NCBI GenBank assembly: GCA_002633005.1 | Contig: NMRA01000187.1 | Location: 216,191 to 280,190 of the forward strand | Origin: Phoronis australis | Taxonomy: Eukaryota > Animalia > Phoronida | DNA: 64,000 nt | Reading direction: 5' to 3' | Shown here: in pieces, positions 49,468-63,687 of the stretch | How the letters are laid out: the number at the start of each line of letters is the position of its first letter | How positions within the stretch are numbered: the first letter of the stretch is position 1 | Notes under the pieces: model-generated | Seen by the model: the letters and a program-made list of their open reading frames with translations, nothing else | Told to the model about the DNA's origin: nothing | The model's database searches: none | Made by a program: the position numbers and the translations under genes

Positions 49468-50602
49468 TAAGTTTGAGGTGTCCCTTAACTCCCACTGGCC
49501 TATTGGGGTGTTGTAAACAAATGAAAGTAGCCACTGTGGTTGGCCGCTGGATTAATGGAGTTGTTCAGAGGCCACTTCGCTAGGCAATTACATCGCCCTG
49601 GTCTGGATGCCGCAGCCGCAGGCATAGAGGGGCGACAGTATATCCCCACAAAAAGTTAATCATTTCAAACAACAGGAAATAAAATCAAGTGAAACATGCA
49701 TATATGCACATGGAGTTACACATAGTGTACCTAATTATCGGATGGATCCTAAATATCGGACATTTCATAAAATCTTACTTGAAACATAATCTGAGAATTA
49801 AATGACACCAATTTTCGTTCCGATGTAATGCATTCAATGTATGGCACCGTCTCGCTTTTTACAGTGTTGCCTAGTTTTGATTTAACCGAGAGAGGGTGCA
49901 ATTTAAACCCACAAGTCGGCCTAAAATGGACAATTGCATAAATTTGTTATAAAAGTTGAAAACAAAAACTTTTTCCATAATGAAATCATCCCATTGAACT
50001 GACAGTGTGTCACTGTTTCATTTTTTCATTTTTTTTTTAAATCAAGTCGAACCCTTGCTGTGCACGTGCGTTTGTCATATCAAGAAGACAAGGAGATCTG
50101 CAGCGAGTTTGCACATGCTTAAGTCGTCTGCACTGATTCACCGAAACACTTAGCTTTGTCATCAGACTTCAATTTATGAATAACTTTTTTGCAAATGGAG
50201 CTGTGTTCTAGCTGCATACATGTCAAAACACTTGAGCTGAAATTTGGCTTCAAAGTGCCGGAGGCCATTACGTGGTTAGTCAGTTTTCCGCGGTGTGGCG
50301 TATGGGAATCCTGGTGTCCGATATTTAGGTTCTCCGAAGGTTTGATAGTTGTGCTTTTGAAGATTAGTCAGAACATAAATGTGGCTTTTGGTGACAAGAT
50401 ATAGTAACAGAACAATTCCATAAAGGTAAGTCTTTATTTCAGCAAAGAATTTACAATAATCCGTAGTATTTTCAATTAAATATAATGCAAAGTGTGCCAA
50501 ACGTCCAACAATTAGTTTTCATTTGACTGTATAAACAACTCATACCATAGGTCTGGAGACAATTCAGTCAAGATAATTTGAACAAATCGATGAAAATCTG
50601 TC

Positions 50603-51935
50603 GCGGTTTGCTCCAATTTCTCTTACCGGGTGCCATTTCGAGGAAGTAACGTGTAATCACGCATGTTGACGAATAAAATGTCCAAAAGACACAAATCTTA
50701 CAAATTTCACCAAATACCTTCTCATGCTATTTTGCAAGTGTCGCCCGCTAGCGTCAGGCGCTTCGCTCAGTCTCACGCTATCCTTTGCCTAACTCACGTG
50801 ACTCAGTTGACATATTTTGTGGTTATCGTGCGCGCTATGAAAAAGTTAATGGCAACCAAAAATGTGGAGTTGGAATTCTTCGCCAAAGTCAACTTAATTC
50901 TCACATCTAAGCTTCATCGAAGATATATAAAGAAGTAGAAAGGACCAATGATGACAGTAAGCGCTTTTTAAATGATAGTGTGGAATGTATTTTTTAGGTG
51001 AAAACTCAAAATCGGTAACCCAAATCCGATCACAGCCCGTTTAAAATAAATGTAGCGAAATGAGTACAGAAAGCGAATGGAAGTATTGTAGCCCCTAAAT
51101 GGCCAACCGAGGGGGCTACGTGTTGCCTACCACTTGGCCAGCACTCAGCTCTAGGTAGTTACATGGCCCTCTTCCTGGATGTCTGCTGGGGCGATAGTAC
51201 ATCCCTATAAAAAGTTACGCATTTTAAAATGCAGCAAAGAAAATCAATTGAAGCATGCGTATAGAAAAATGGACTTTTAATTAACACATACCATTGCTGC
51301 GGCTACAATTTAGTCGGCATAACTTGAACATATCCATGAAAATTTTGTTTCGGTGTGGGCACTAGTTGGATATAATGGACCCTGATTTAGAGAACCAGTT
51401 TCATCCACGAAATAACGGCCGCTATCTGTGATTGCCTGGTTCTTTAAATAAGGGTCCATTATATCCGACTAGTGCCGCGGTTTGCTTGAGTTTCTCTTAC
51501 CAGGTGCCATTTTGAGGAAGTTACGTGAAATCACGCATGTTGGCGAATAAAATGTCCAAATCTTACAAATTTCACCTGATACCTTCCCATGTGCTATTTT
51601 GCGTCATGCGCTTTGCTAAAGTCTCGCGCTAGCCTTTGCCTAACTCATGTGACTCTGTTGAAATACTTTGTGGTTATTGCGCGCTTGGTGAAAAAGTTAA
51701 CGGTGACCAAAAAAGCGGAGTTGGAATTCTTCGCCAAAGTCACCTAAGCTCTCGTAGCTAAGCTTCATCGAAGATATGTGTAGATTAGTAAAAAGAACGA
51801 CTGGTGAAAGTAGGCGCTTTTCTAAGGGATAGTTTTAAGTGTGAAATGTGTTTTTGACGAGGTGAAAACTCTTAATCGGTGACCTGATTTGGCCTACTGC
51901 CGGTTCAAAATACATGGGATGAAATTCATACAGAA
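50603..51935 (+). repeat. Diverged direct duplication (50603-51075 vs 51477-51935)
   Basis: Colinear similarity, e.g. ggagttggaattcttcgccaaagtca in both. Confidence 0.8.
51357..51477. mobile_element. 120-bp palindromic mini-MITE of the GGCACTAG family
   Basis: ggcactagttggatataatggaccct ... agggtccattatatccgactagtgcc. Confidence 0.8.
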
Positions 51936-52716
51936 CAGGGCTCGACGCTATTAAAATCGCCAGGTCGCATTTTGCGACCTAGCCAAAATCCCAGGTCGCA
52001 TTTTCAAAATCCAGCTCGCATTCATAAATGCCAGGCTGCAAAATTTTTTACACACCAAAATGGATTTTTAGATCATCGAGAAAATGTTTAGATTATGCTG
52101 TTACCTGCAGCCTTAACTATTCACTAATTTCAGATTGCAAAATTGACTTCGTTCATGCAGGTACGGCGTTACTGTTTTTTACGACCGCCCGTGAAAGGCT
52201 CTAGAGCGCAAGGCAAGTTGCCAACGGGAAAGTTGAATCAGTGCCCGCTAACTGACACGTGCATTCGAGTAGCTAAGTTTTCGATGTGAAAAGGGAGAAA
52301 ATGCCCGTTGAAAAAGTATCCGGGATTTTGCTAGGTCTAACCTGCTACTGGCTGTCATCAAAGTCGTTAAAGATTCAAACTAACTCTGAGTGCAAACTCC
52401 CTCCACTTTTTGTTTGCAGCCCAAATTTTGCAACTTAACTCGACATTTGAAAAACATGTCAAAAAAAACGTGAAACGATACCCTTACCGAATGACATATT
52501 TGGATGCACAGGAAACATTCAGTGCAAATTTCACAACAAAAATGTGATACTTATGCTGTTAACGTGCTCAGCAATTACTTTTCCATGAAATGAATAGCTT
52601 TGAAATAATTCCCGACTTCCTCCGTGCAGGTTTCCATCGGGTAATGGCGAGTTTGTTCCTCAATACCTTCCAAGTATGGGAAAAATAGGTCAATCACAAA
52701 ACGACACGCATGTCAC

Positions 52717-53650
52717 TAGTATTATCTTTCTTTTGGAGGTATAAAACAAAGCCGGGATTTTTTTTTTAATGCGCCCACATATTTGTATGTGGCCGCACAT
52801 TACCGTCGTCTCTGTCTGGGCATCCGTCGTTCGGCGTCCGCAGCTGTATCTCCTAAACCCCTCACAGGATCTTGATGAGATTTGGCAGATGTGTGAAGTT
52901 GACGGCAGGACGACAAATTTCGGAAGTCTCCCAACTACCGGTGTGACCCCTAGTGGTAATTTTATTTTTTTACGCTTACCTCTTTAGATTTGGAGGTCCT
53001 CAACAAATTTTCATAAAATTTGGAAGTTAGACATCTATTAGTGATGTGATGCCATCCTCACGTTTTACATGTAGGACGGATTCCGGGTACTTTGCGCAAC
53101 CTAGTGGCGATTTTTACTGTTTTCTTGTCTTCTTTGTCGTCCACCGTTCTATCATCCAAACCGCTGTAGGGGATGCTTTTGAAAANTAGTATTATCTTTC
53201 TTTTGGAGGTATAAAACAAAGCCGGGATTTTTTTTTTAATGCGCCCACATATTTGTATGTGGTCGCACATTACCGTCGTCTCTGTCTGGGCATCCGTCGT
53301 TCGGCGTCCGCAGCTGTATCTCCTAAACCCCTCACAGGATCTTGATGAGATTTGGCAGATTTGTGAAGTTGACGGCAGGACGACAAATTTCGGAAGTCTC
53401 CAACTACCGGTGTGCCCCCTAGTGGTAATTTTATTTTTTTAAGCTTACCTCTTTAGATTTGGAGGTCCTCAACGAATTTTCATAAAATTTGGCAGTTAGA
53501 CATCTATTAGTGAGGTGATGCCATCCTCACGTTTTAGGACGGATTCCGGGTACTTTGCGCAACCTAGTGGTGATTTTTACTGTTTTCTCGTCTTTTTTGT
53601 CGTCCACCGTTCTATCATCCAAACCGCTGTAGGGGATGCTTTTGAAAATT
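52717..53650 (+). repeat. ~470-bp near-identical tandem duplication across N at 53186
   Basis: Two copies differing by a few substitutions and indels. Confidence 0.9.
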
Positions 53651-55928
53651 GGCATATGTGTTCTTACTGTGAATAGGGCGGCTGACGATCATTTTCTGAT
53701 GACTATGGCAGTTTTGTTCGTTTTTGTGTCCATGGCTGCATCTCCATCTCCTAAATGCTCTACAGGACCTTTATTGAATTTTGCTGTAGTTGTATTTATA
53801 TGAAGTTAACAACAGAGGATGACGACTTTCAGATGATTTTAGTTTTTTACGTTTACCTCTGTATCTTAAAGAGTCGTCAATGGATTTTCAGAAAATTTGG
53901 CAGTTAGGCATCTATTAGTGATGTGACGCTATCAACCGTTTTTCATTGAAATTCACGGCATTTTGCGCTTCCTTATGGCCATTTTTACTGTTTTCACCTC
54001 TTGTTTGGCATCTGCCCCTCTGTCAACCAAACCACTCTAAGGATTGTTGTGGAAATTGGCATTGATATTCCTAATGGGAAGAGGAAGTCTGACGATGATT
54101 TTTCGATTACTTCATCTACTTTGAGGCCTCTTAATGGCAGTTATATTTTTTGCACTTTATGAAATTGGTAAAAAGCTTTCATGACACGTACAAGTTCTCA
54201 GATGGATTCGACATATTTTGCGCCATCTAGTTGCCATTTTTATTTTCCAAATAAACACCCCTAGAAGTACACCGTTATCCGTGCATTCGTGGGTGCATTT
54301 CAACGCTTTTTGTTGCTCTTGTACATATTGAGAAATGACGTTTTTTGAAAACTGAAGTTGTTGAGTAAAATGAGAGTGACACACCATGTAGGGTGCTTGC
54401 CAATTTTAAACCACGCGCGGTCGTTTGTAGTGCGCTATGATGGGCGCTAGCCTGAACTGTGGGCGCTTACTTGGAAATTCTCAAAAGTTGAGGGGGAAGG
54501 CTTAATAGGTCAGTGAGCGCTTATTATGAAACACTTCAAAGGTAGGAAGTAGGCATGTGTGTGAGCATAGTCGTTAACCTGGGTGTTAGTGGTAATAAGA
54601 TATTAAAAGACTACAATGGTAAGAAAAGTTATAATAATACGATTTTGTGAGGCAAACTCCATCTAGTAGGGGTGAGTTTATGGATATTGTTATCACCTAC
54701 ACTGTACCCTTTTTAGCCACTCGGAATAATTTGTTTTTAATTGCCAGCTTCAGCCGGAACAAGAGTGTTTCTATTGGAGTCTGAACATTTTACGGCGACG
54801 GTGGTCCGGGAAGCGAAAAGTTGCTGGGGGGAGGTGTATGAAGGGAAGAATAAAAAGTTCGCTAATCACTATTTCGCATCTTGTACACATTTAGTTGCAA
54901 TAGCTGGCTACGGGCATAGAAGATAGGGTTTTGGGAACATCGACCACTGTAAATATCGGAACACGAAAATATCAGTTCTGGGTTATATCGGTCCCGGGGA
55001 ATATCGTAAAGCGCATCGGGTCTTTTATAACCGCCGGGAATCTATGAGTTCATTTTCAAATAAACCACTGGCACCCGGGTGCTTAACAGACCCAAGCCAG
55101 TATGTTCTTTCATTTAGGACTGCCGCTGTTCTCTTTTGATGTGCAGCTTTAAAGTGTTGCACTTGAATCACTTTAAGTTGGCAACAACGTGTGAAAGACA
55201 AATCATATTTGGCACACGTAGCCCCAGGAACGAGGAAGGGGGTTGGAGAATTTCTTGGCAACTGAGTAAAGACTTGGCCGTCGTTTGGCGATTAATAGGG
55301 TTGTCATTTTCACTTTGGCTTTCTTATGCAATAAAAACGAGACGCACATCTCTAAGTCACGATCGTCTGGCGGGACCGCTTACGCGCTAACAATGGGACT
55401 GACGATATCAGGGTATTGTGGATATTTGGTACATGTAATAAAGACATCTTACGCGAAAAATAAATATATTTGTCCACCACAAAGTTTGGTAAGTTGATCA
55501 CTTAAGAATAAGTAGAAACACCGCTGTTTTGTGACGTTTTATCACGTGTTATGCAGTGGCCCAAAACTTTCTTCGGCAAGTCCGGAAATTTGCAAAAGTG
55601 GCCAAAGATGTTATCCAATTAAACGCGTCAAACACTGAACTCGTAAAAGCATCAGAAACGGTTCCTGATACAAAAAAAATTTAGACCACGTAAATTGAAA
55701 ACTTGTAACTTAAACAAACCTACGTCAGTGATGACTAGGGCGTCGTAGGCCTAATTTTGCCGCCACTGTCATGTTGCTATCGTCCCCCTATTGGCCTCTA
55801 CCAGGTAATTTCTCTGTAGGCAATTCCATTTGTGACGGATGTACAATCAGAGAACATATTGATCAATTGTGAAAAAATGTTCATCCTAGGAAAATAATTA
55901 ATACATCATTTAATAGGTCTCACTGGTA

Positions 55929-57341
55929 CAGTACAGCCACTAAATTTTTAGACTTTTTCCGTGCTACCTCATGCCTGGCCACACCGGAGCGTAACCGGAA
56001 CGCAGGCGTGAGAGAAATCTGTCAAGGCCTTCTCACGCCTATTCTTCGGGTGGTCCTCACACTTACCTCCAGTTTGGTTAACACCTTCCTCACGCCTTCG
56101 TCACGCTTACTTCATGCTTTCTTCACGCCTTTGGTAGCTGTGGTAACCATGGTAGGGCACCGGGCTAATCAGTAAAGTTACATGTAACGTCTTGATCTGC
56201 CTTTCGTTGCGGTGAAGTTGCATAGACATTATTATAGTATATTATAGAGTATCTGTGCAAGCAGTCATCTATCACACTTGGGTTCTGACTAACTCTGTAA
56301 TTCCACGTGTTGTTCAAACAAACGTCTTCCTTCAGCTCGTCTTGTGTTACACTTACATGTATATATTCAATTTACGACTTAAGAGCCAGTCCCATCAACG
56401 ACATACATGTACAGTAACCACGGTTAGTAAATACGAATAAACGCGACCCTGTGCCCAGAGTCATCTTTACATGGCTGTGCACTCCTTGAAACTTGTCACA
56501 GCTGGATATAGTTAATTTGCCCTAAAAATAGCCTTAGCATGTTATGAAAGTATTTTGTCACTCCGTAAATCTTTGCACCGCACTGGCGTACAGAAAATTT
56601 CAATAGGCTGCCCATCTGACATACCCATCCCTTACTGCAAGCAAATGTTTTGACTTAAAAGTCCTCAATCCGTAGTGCAGTTTAATTATTTGGAGCCCCC
56701 TCCCCGTAGTACATGCATTTTGACTGAGTTCACAGTATCCCCGGGGTACTTCTTCACAAAAATAATAATAGCGATCATCTGTTTGACTCGTCATATGCAT
56801 GGGCGCAATCATCCGCATGATGCCAGAACTTGGGATCAATGTGCTCAGAATTCACATGCTATGCTCCTTCTTATTGTGAAGGCAATTGAATAATTCCGTC
56901 ATGTACACGCGTGTTAAAATTCTTTATTAGTTTATACAAAAACAAATAGTTATATATCAGTGAAACGTAAAGTCCACGGGTCTGTTTCCTGAAGTGACTT
57001 AAGATTTGAAACGGAAATTTTGGTCTTTTATTGCACGTGACGATTTCAAAAAAAATTAAACCTCACATGAGCAAAAGTCGATTAGAATACACACATCACT
57101 GCTAGTTACTGATATAATTATAATAAATTACTTTTTTATCTGCGATGCAGGTAAACCCACGCCCGGCTCGCGTTTCGTTCTCGCCTAACTCACGGTAAGG
57201 TCCGGGTACAGTCACGCTTAGGCTCACGCCAGCTGTCACGGTTAATTCACGTCTCACTCTCCGGTCTGTCTCCAGTTACAGTGGCGGGTGGCTAGACCGG
57301 AGAGACACCGGAGAGAGTCTAATAATTCAGTGGCTGTACTG
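55929..57341. mobile_element. Tc1/mariner/pogo-like non-autonomous element, TA|CAGTACAGCCACT...AGTGGCTGTACTG|TA
   Basis: ~26-bp TIR, TA target duplication. Confidence 0.75.
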
Positions 57342-58047
57342 TAGCTCTTGAAGCGTGTATAATTAACTTTCTCTAATCTCTTTATCTGACTGAGAAAAGT
57401 GCCTTTAAATGTGTCACATACATACACAGAGACTTTGATTTTTTTACGCTATTTTTGTTTTATATGATGATTTAGTGGAATATTTGCGAAGTACAACACA
57501 CTAATTTTTTGAAAATTTCTTCTAAGAAATTTTTGTCAGGCAGCTCGGAGAAAAGTGTATACATTGTTNACACATCACTGCTAGTTACTGATTTAATTTT
57601 AATAAATTACTTTTTTACCTGCGATGCAGGTAAACCCACGCCCGGCTCGTGTTTCGTTCTCGCCTAACTCACGGTAAGGTCCGGGTACAGTCACGCTTAG
57701 GCTCACGCCAGCTGTCACGGTTGATTTACGTCTCTCTCTGCGGTCTGTCTCCAGTTACAGTGGCAGGTGGCTAGACCGGAGAGACACCGGAGAGAGTCTA
57801 TTAATTCAGTGGCTGTACTGTAGCTCTTGAAGCGTGTATAATTAACTTTTCTCTAATATCTTTATCTGACTGAGAAAATTGCCTTTAAATGTGTCACATA
57901 CATACACAGAGACTTTGATTTTTTACGCAATTTTTGTTTTATATGATGATTTAGTGGAATATTTGCGAAATACAACACACTAATTTTTTGAAAATTTCTT
58001 CTAAGAAATTTTTGTCAGGCAGCTCGGAGAAAAGTGTATACATTGTT
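57091..58047 (+). repeat. ~478-bp near-identical tandem duplication across N at 57569
   Basis: Two copies differing by a few substitutions. Confidence 0.9.
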
Positions 58048-58190
58048 GGAAAGCTATCAATGAGACTTAACAATTGATGTATTAATTAATATTATCCTGG
58101 GAAGATGTTGTCACAAAATGTTCTCTGATTATATGTCTGTCACAATTAGAATTGCCCTTTAATTACTTCCGAGCCATGTTTCCAGTCAAA

Positions 58191-58640
58191 GATACCCAGA
58201 CTAGCACTAGGCCTAGTTCACCTGATCAGTAAATACAGTCTGTCATGAGATACCCAGTTTAGCCCTAGGCCTAGTTCACCTCATCAGTTAATGCAGTCTG
58301 TCATGAGATACCCAGCCTAGCCCTAGGCCTAGTTCACCTGATCAGTAAATACAGTCTGTCATGTGATACTCAGCCTAGCCCTAGGCCTAGTTCACCTGAT
58401 CAGTAAATACAGTCTGCCATGTGATACCCAGCCTAGCCCTAGGCCTAGTTCACTTGATCAGTAAATACAGTCTGTCGTGATACCCAGCCTAGCCCTAGGC
58501 CTAGTTCACCTGATCAGTAAATACAGTCTGTCATGTGATACCCAGCCTAGCCCTAGGCCTAGTTCACCTGATCAGTAAATACAGTCTGTCATGTGTTATC
58601 CAGCCTAGCCCTAGGCCTAGTTCACCTGATTAATAAATAC
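58191..58640. repeat. ~60-bp minisatellite
   Basis: gatacccagcctagccctaggcctagttcacctgatcagtaaatacagtctgtcatgt x ~7.5. Confidence 0.95.
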
Positions 58641-58816
58641 ACTGAATACACTAGTTGGAGATCATTAAACAAACTTCCACTCAACATTTGCTACTAGTAT
58701 TTCCCTAGGCTGCAGCCACCCACAGATGATAGCGTACTGCCGTACTACAGTAGTATGTTATGAAAATTATCCATTTCAAAATATGTGGAATAATATCGAG
58801 TGAAACATGCAATCTA

Positions 58817-59050
58817 TGTGCAGTGAGTTGTACTTAACACGGGTGTGCAACGAGTTGTACTCAACACATGTGTGCAGTGAGTTGTACTCAACACATGTGT
58901 GCAGTGAGTTGTACTCAACACATGTGTGCAGTGAGTTGTACTCAACACATGTGTGCAGTGAGTTGTACTCAACACATGTGTGCAGTGAGTTGTACTCAAC
59001 ACATGTGTGCAGTGAGTTTTAATTAACAGGTGTATGCAGTGAGTTGTAAT
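58817..59050. repeat. 27-bp minisatellite
   Basis: tgtgcagtgagttgtactcaacacatg units. Confidence 0.95.
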
Positions 59051-59529
59051 TAACTCATACCCTGACTCTTGAGATAATTTAATCAACATGACCATATCCA
59101 TGAAAATCTGCCGAAATTTACTCGAGCTTCCATTGGCGGTTGCCATTTTGAGTAAGTCATGCGAAATCAAGCTGTGTGCAAGAATCTGAGTGTTTATAAA
59201 CACCATGATTATGTGAGAATTGGGCACAAAACTACTACACTGTTGAATTTAGAATGTCCTACGTTACCTTGTGATTGGCTAATGAGTCAGTCAGGAAAAC
59301 CACTTTGCTAATGAGGCAGTGAACACCATGTCTCTGCCTCATGATTGGTCAATTACGCTGGTTGTGATTGGCTAATGAGACAGTCAAGATTATTTCCCCT
59401 TGTTGTGGTTGATTAATGAATCAGTCAGCACTGTTTTGTTATTGTGTTTGGATAATGGATCATTTAAGATTATGTTCCCTAGGTGAGATTAGCTGATGAC
59501 TTTTTGTGTTTTGACAGTCAGTTGCAAGG

Positions 59530-59664
59530 ATGTGCACTCCAAAGAACTTCATATTTGAACCAGTGATGGCTGGTGGTGTGACGGCTCTGCAGGTTGGGGC
59601 TCCAAGCCCAGACATGTTGAGAGAGAGCGCCTTGGTGTTCCAAAAGGCTACCCAGTCTCTAATG
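59530..59664 (+). CDS. PLP-dependent aminotransferase class I/II (YER152C/2-aminoadipate transaminase-like), first visible coding exon
   Basis: MCTPKNFIFEPVMAGGVTALQVGAPSPDML (L..GAP.P motif); acceptor at 59517, ATG|gtgagc donor, phase 0. Confidence 0.75.
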
Positions 59665-60129
59665 GTGAGCACTCCTTCATGCACACTGAAAATGCTTGGA
59701 ACATTGCGCTCAAATTACTTAAAATGTGGTTGATATGCATATCAAGTTGCCCACTTTGTTTTGTGGTCATATATTAAAAAAACAATTGTCAAAACGCATA
59801 AATGGTGGCCTTGAGATATGATGGACTTTTGGTCACGATGTAGATCCATTAATTATTGCGTTAACCTTTCTCATGAATGAATCCTAAAGTAAATCTCCAA
59901 ATTTACTCTTTCAAATGTAGTATGTTAGATTTGGTGTAAAAGATTAATTTGCCGTTAGTGCACCTTAAGAGGCACCCATTTTTCTCTTGAGTGTAGTATA
60001 GTAAACAGAGTTCCTTTTTACCGCCAGTTTTATGATTTTAAGTGAAGTTAGTTTATTTTATATATGCTGTAGTTATCAAAATATGAATACTAATGTTGTA
60101 ATTGCTCCCTGTATTGGTTGAATTTTCAG

Positions 60130-60242
60130 CAAGATTCTAACATGTGGGAACTGTTCCAATATGGCGCCCCTCAAGGGTCATTAGGCTTTAGAGAACAGCT
60201 TGCAGCCTTCTTGAGCAAAGGTTATAATTCTCCTGTGAACAG
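60130..60242 (+). CDS. Aminotransferase exon (QDSNMWELFQYGAPQGSLGFREQLAAFLSKGYNSPVN)
   Basis: QYG...G...FRE.LA.FL motif; ttttcag| acceptor and AG|gtaggt donor, phase 0->2. Confidence 0.88.
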
Positions 60243-61909
60243 GTAGGTAGTATCGCTGTAGAGGGCAATAGTAGTGCAATTTAACAACCTAGCTGCCTGT
60301 AGAGGACGATTGTTGTGCAGTTCAAGTACTCGCCTGTAGAGGGTGATAGTGGTGCAGTTCAACTACTTTCCTGTAGAGGATGATAATCAGGAGCGGATCC
60401 AGGATTTTGATTTAGGGGGGCCAGGGAAGAGTATTAGCTGGGAATTGGATTTTCGCTGTCAGACCATCGACCCCCTCCCCTCCCAGAACTTCCCACGCAA
60501 GGATAACAGGTGGATTCTCTACGCCCCCCCACCCCTCATATAGGAGACTTTAGTATCTTATATTTCCCTTGATTTCTGATTGAGTATAATAAGATCTTGG
60601 GGATACTTTTAGCGTCAAGTCACTCTTTTCATCGAGCGCGAAAAAAATCTCACTGCGGCCCCTCGAACTGAGCTGGAATCTCTTACATCAGAGTCAAACT
60701 TTCCAAGTTAGCTTTGATCAAAACTTTCTTGACTTGCACGTGCCTTTCTGCTGATTGCGTTTAAGAACGTCTCGTGTGAATAGAACTTCGCCAGCTGTTG
60801 CGCCCCAAGGCGCGCTACACATTTGCCTGCTAAACAAGAGGCTGTGGCTGAAAATGCAAAACAAAATTGTAAACTTAATTGTAATTTTCTTACTTAATAT
60901 TAAGTGCATCTGCTGCGAAATAACGTCTGTGCAAAATGCTTTACTGCGCATGCGAAGTTCTACAGGACTATTCTGAACGAAAAAAGGTGAGTGCGACAGA
61001 ATTTAAAACAAGGAATTTTCGAGTAATTAAACAGCATTGGTTTTATTTTGGAAGTGTTTCCAAGGAGACAGTGTAAGATAACAAGTCCGTTGATTGTTTA
61101 ATCTTCACTTATATTACGAGTAGTGCCGCGTATACAGAGTAATTCACTCCTTTTCACACTGAAAATACTAGACGCAGATCAATTGAGCGACACAACAATC
61201 ATGTTGACAAGTTTTGTCCAATCAAATCTTATTTAAAAGCATTCGCCTGGGATGTCTAGCTGCAAACATGTCTATGACACGGTTAACGTCGACCTTAATG
61301 TCCGTTTGCATGAAAAGTATTGTCAATGCATTCATCACCCATTGTGCTTGCAAAGAGTGTTATAACAAATTCAATGTAGAATTTGCTCGCTCAATAGAAG
61401 CAGATTCAACACCTTGGTGATGTTTGGAAATAGCAATGGACGATCCGAGAGTGTACCAGTGATGTTATCCGGTTTGACGTCTGTGTTCATCCATAGTTGC
61501 ACCCACAGCTTAACTTGTGGTGCAAAGTGTGTTGATTTGTCATAGAACCAGATGAAAAGACTAATTGAAAATTCCTAACAGCGTTTTTGAGGTAACTAGT
61601 GAAGTTTTCATTTAAAAAAAGGTTTCATTAAAATCGACCAAGCAGTTATTTTGCTATGAATGTGCCTTTATTAAAAATGGAATGTTGACTTAAAAAGGTT
61701 TTTACGTAAAAATAGTAATGGTTCATAGTTACACAAAGTATTTTGGTATTTCCCGACATTTTTCTTTCATAAGATATATACTTTTACAAGTTGACAAAGC
61801 TTAAAGTTTTTTTGATGTACGAGTTAGAATGGATAGTACTAAATAAGGTTTGAGATAACCATAAGCTGAAGAGTGCTGTGTGTTACCGTTATTGTTGCCG
61901 TTCTTCCAG

Positions 61910-62064
61910 CGACCGCCTGTTCATGACACCAGGTGCCACCACTGGTCTCCATTTTGTGTGCTCACTACTCATGCCTCCCTGTTCCACGGTGTTCATTGAG
62001 GACCCCACCTACTTCCTTGCACTCAACATGTTCAGAGATGACTTTGGTTACAATATTGTTCCAG
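61910..62064 (+). CDS. Aminotransferase exon (DRLFMTPGATTGLHFVCSLLMPPCSTVFIEDPTYFLALNMFRDDFGYNIVP); gene probably continues beyond window
   Basis: T.GA..GL and VFIEDPTYFLA motifs; phase 2->1; G|gtgagt donor. Confidence 0.9.
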
Positions 62065-63687
62065 GTGAGTGTGCAAGACTATGTGTCCTGTGTGATGTTA
62101 ACCAGTCAGTGTGGAGGGATGTGGTCATTGACCTGTTAACCAGTCAGTGTGGAGGCATGTGGTCATTGACATTTCTCATAACTACAGTCTATGTAGAACA
62201 CAAAATAGCCGCATCCCAAAACATCATCTTTTGGTTCTGCGCTGTTAAGTACCCACAATGCAGGTCACTCATGTTTTCACTGTTGTTTTGTCTTATGTTA
62301 TTCCAATCAGTGTTATACTGCAGCGCTATGAGCTGTCTTGGTGACATCAACACATGTAACCATCTCTGTGCTTTGCCATATGCTCATATTTACTTTTCTC
62401 TTTCGCCAGAGAACTGCTCGAGTATGCTGTTCTTTTCTCTCTTGCCACAGAACTGTTCCATCATGTAGTATTTTTACCAGCTGTCAAAGAACAGAGTTGA
62501 GTTTGGGAAATGGCTACAACAGTTTCCAATATTAGCTGCAGTATTAGACAAAATACATTTAGTTTTCTATATTAGCTACAGTACATGACAAAATACAACA
62601 GTTTTCAATATTAGCTGCAGTATTAGACAAAATACATTATGTAGCGTATAGTCACACGCACATTAGATGTCTCTCTTGTTGTTGACCCAGCAGTTTACAC
62701 GCGTATAATAATAATACCGTAACATTGGCTCATAAAACTTTATTTATGATATGATTCAAGTAATAATACGGTATTCAATACGGTGAGATACGATACGATA
62801 AGATACGATATGATTTACTATCTTACGATACGATATGGTTAAACCTGAAACAATTAATAAAGATAATACAATATCTAATACAAATTGAAGTACCAAATAC
62901 ATCATACTAAAATACAGAAAATTGCATATCTAATAATATTATATCAACCCACAGTTTGGCAAACAATAGTTAGCAGAAACTTGTAGTTACAACAATTTCT
63001 ATTACAACACTTTCTATGAGTTAATCAAATAATCAAAGAACTGAAAATAGTTGTTTCTAAAGTGAAAGTTTATAGTAAAACATCAAGAAACAAAGTTGTC
63101 TCTTACCAACGCTGGGTATCTGTGATATTTTTGAAGCAAGCAGCAGCCTCTCTCCAAGCAATATGAATTCTAGAGTAGCTAACAGAATATTTATACTGAA
63201 CACAAGAAAGGTGGGCGAGATAACTCAAAACATGAAAACTCACAAAACTTCCTCTAAATGCTACATCTAGTTCCAAAACAATTCTCTGAACAAGGTCGCT
63301 GGTTCCAAACCAATTCTGTGAATCAATCTGCTGGACTCCAGCAATGAACCCAAGTCATTACCAATTATGGTGCAGGACAATCAAGAGTTGAGTAATTCCG
63401 ATGGACAAATAACAGATTATTGTTGTTGTCGGAAATGCCTCATCCCAAAGCTGACAGGTTTTCAAAGACTTTAAGTTACACAACTTGCAAAACAAGGCAC
63501 AATTGTTATTATAAACATCCCACAACTGGTAACAGACATGTGGTGAATCACTTCCCATGAACTCCTAGGAGGTTACAAATTTTGGTAAACAACCAATATG
63601 TTTGATTAATTATACACTAGCCACTAAAATTGCATAACTTTGCTTTTAATTAGACTAATTATCTACAGCATCAAAAAATGTCACTAA

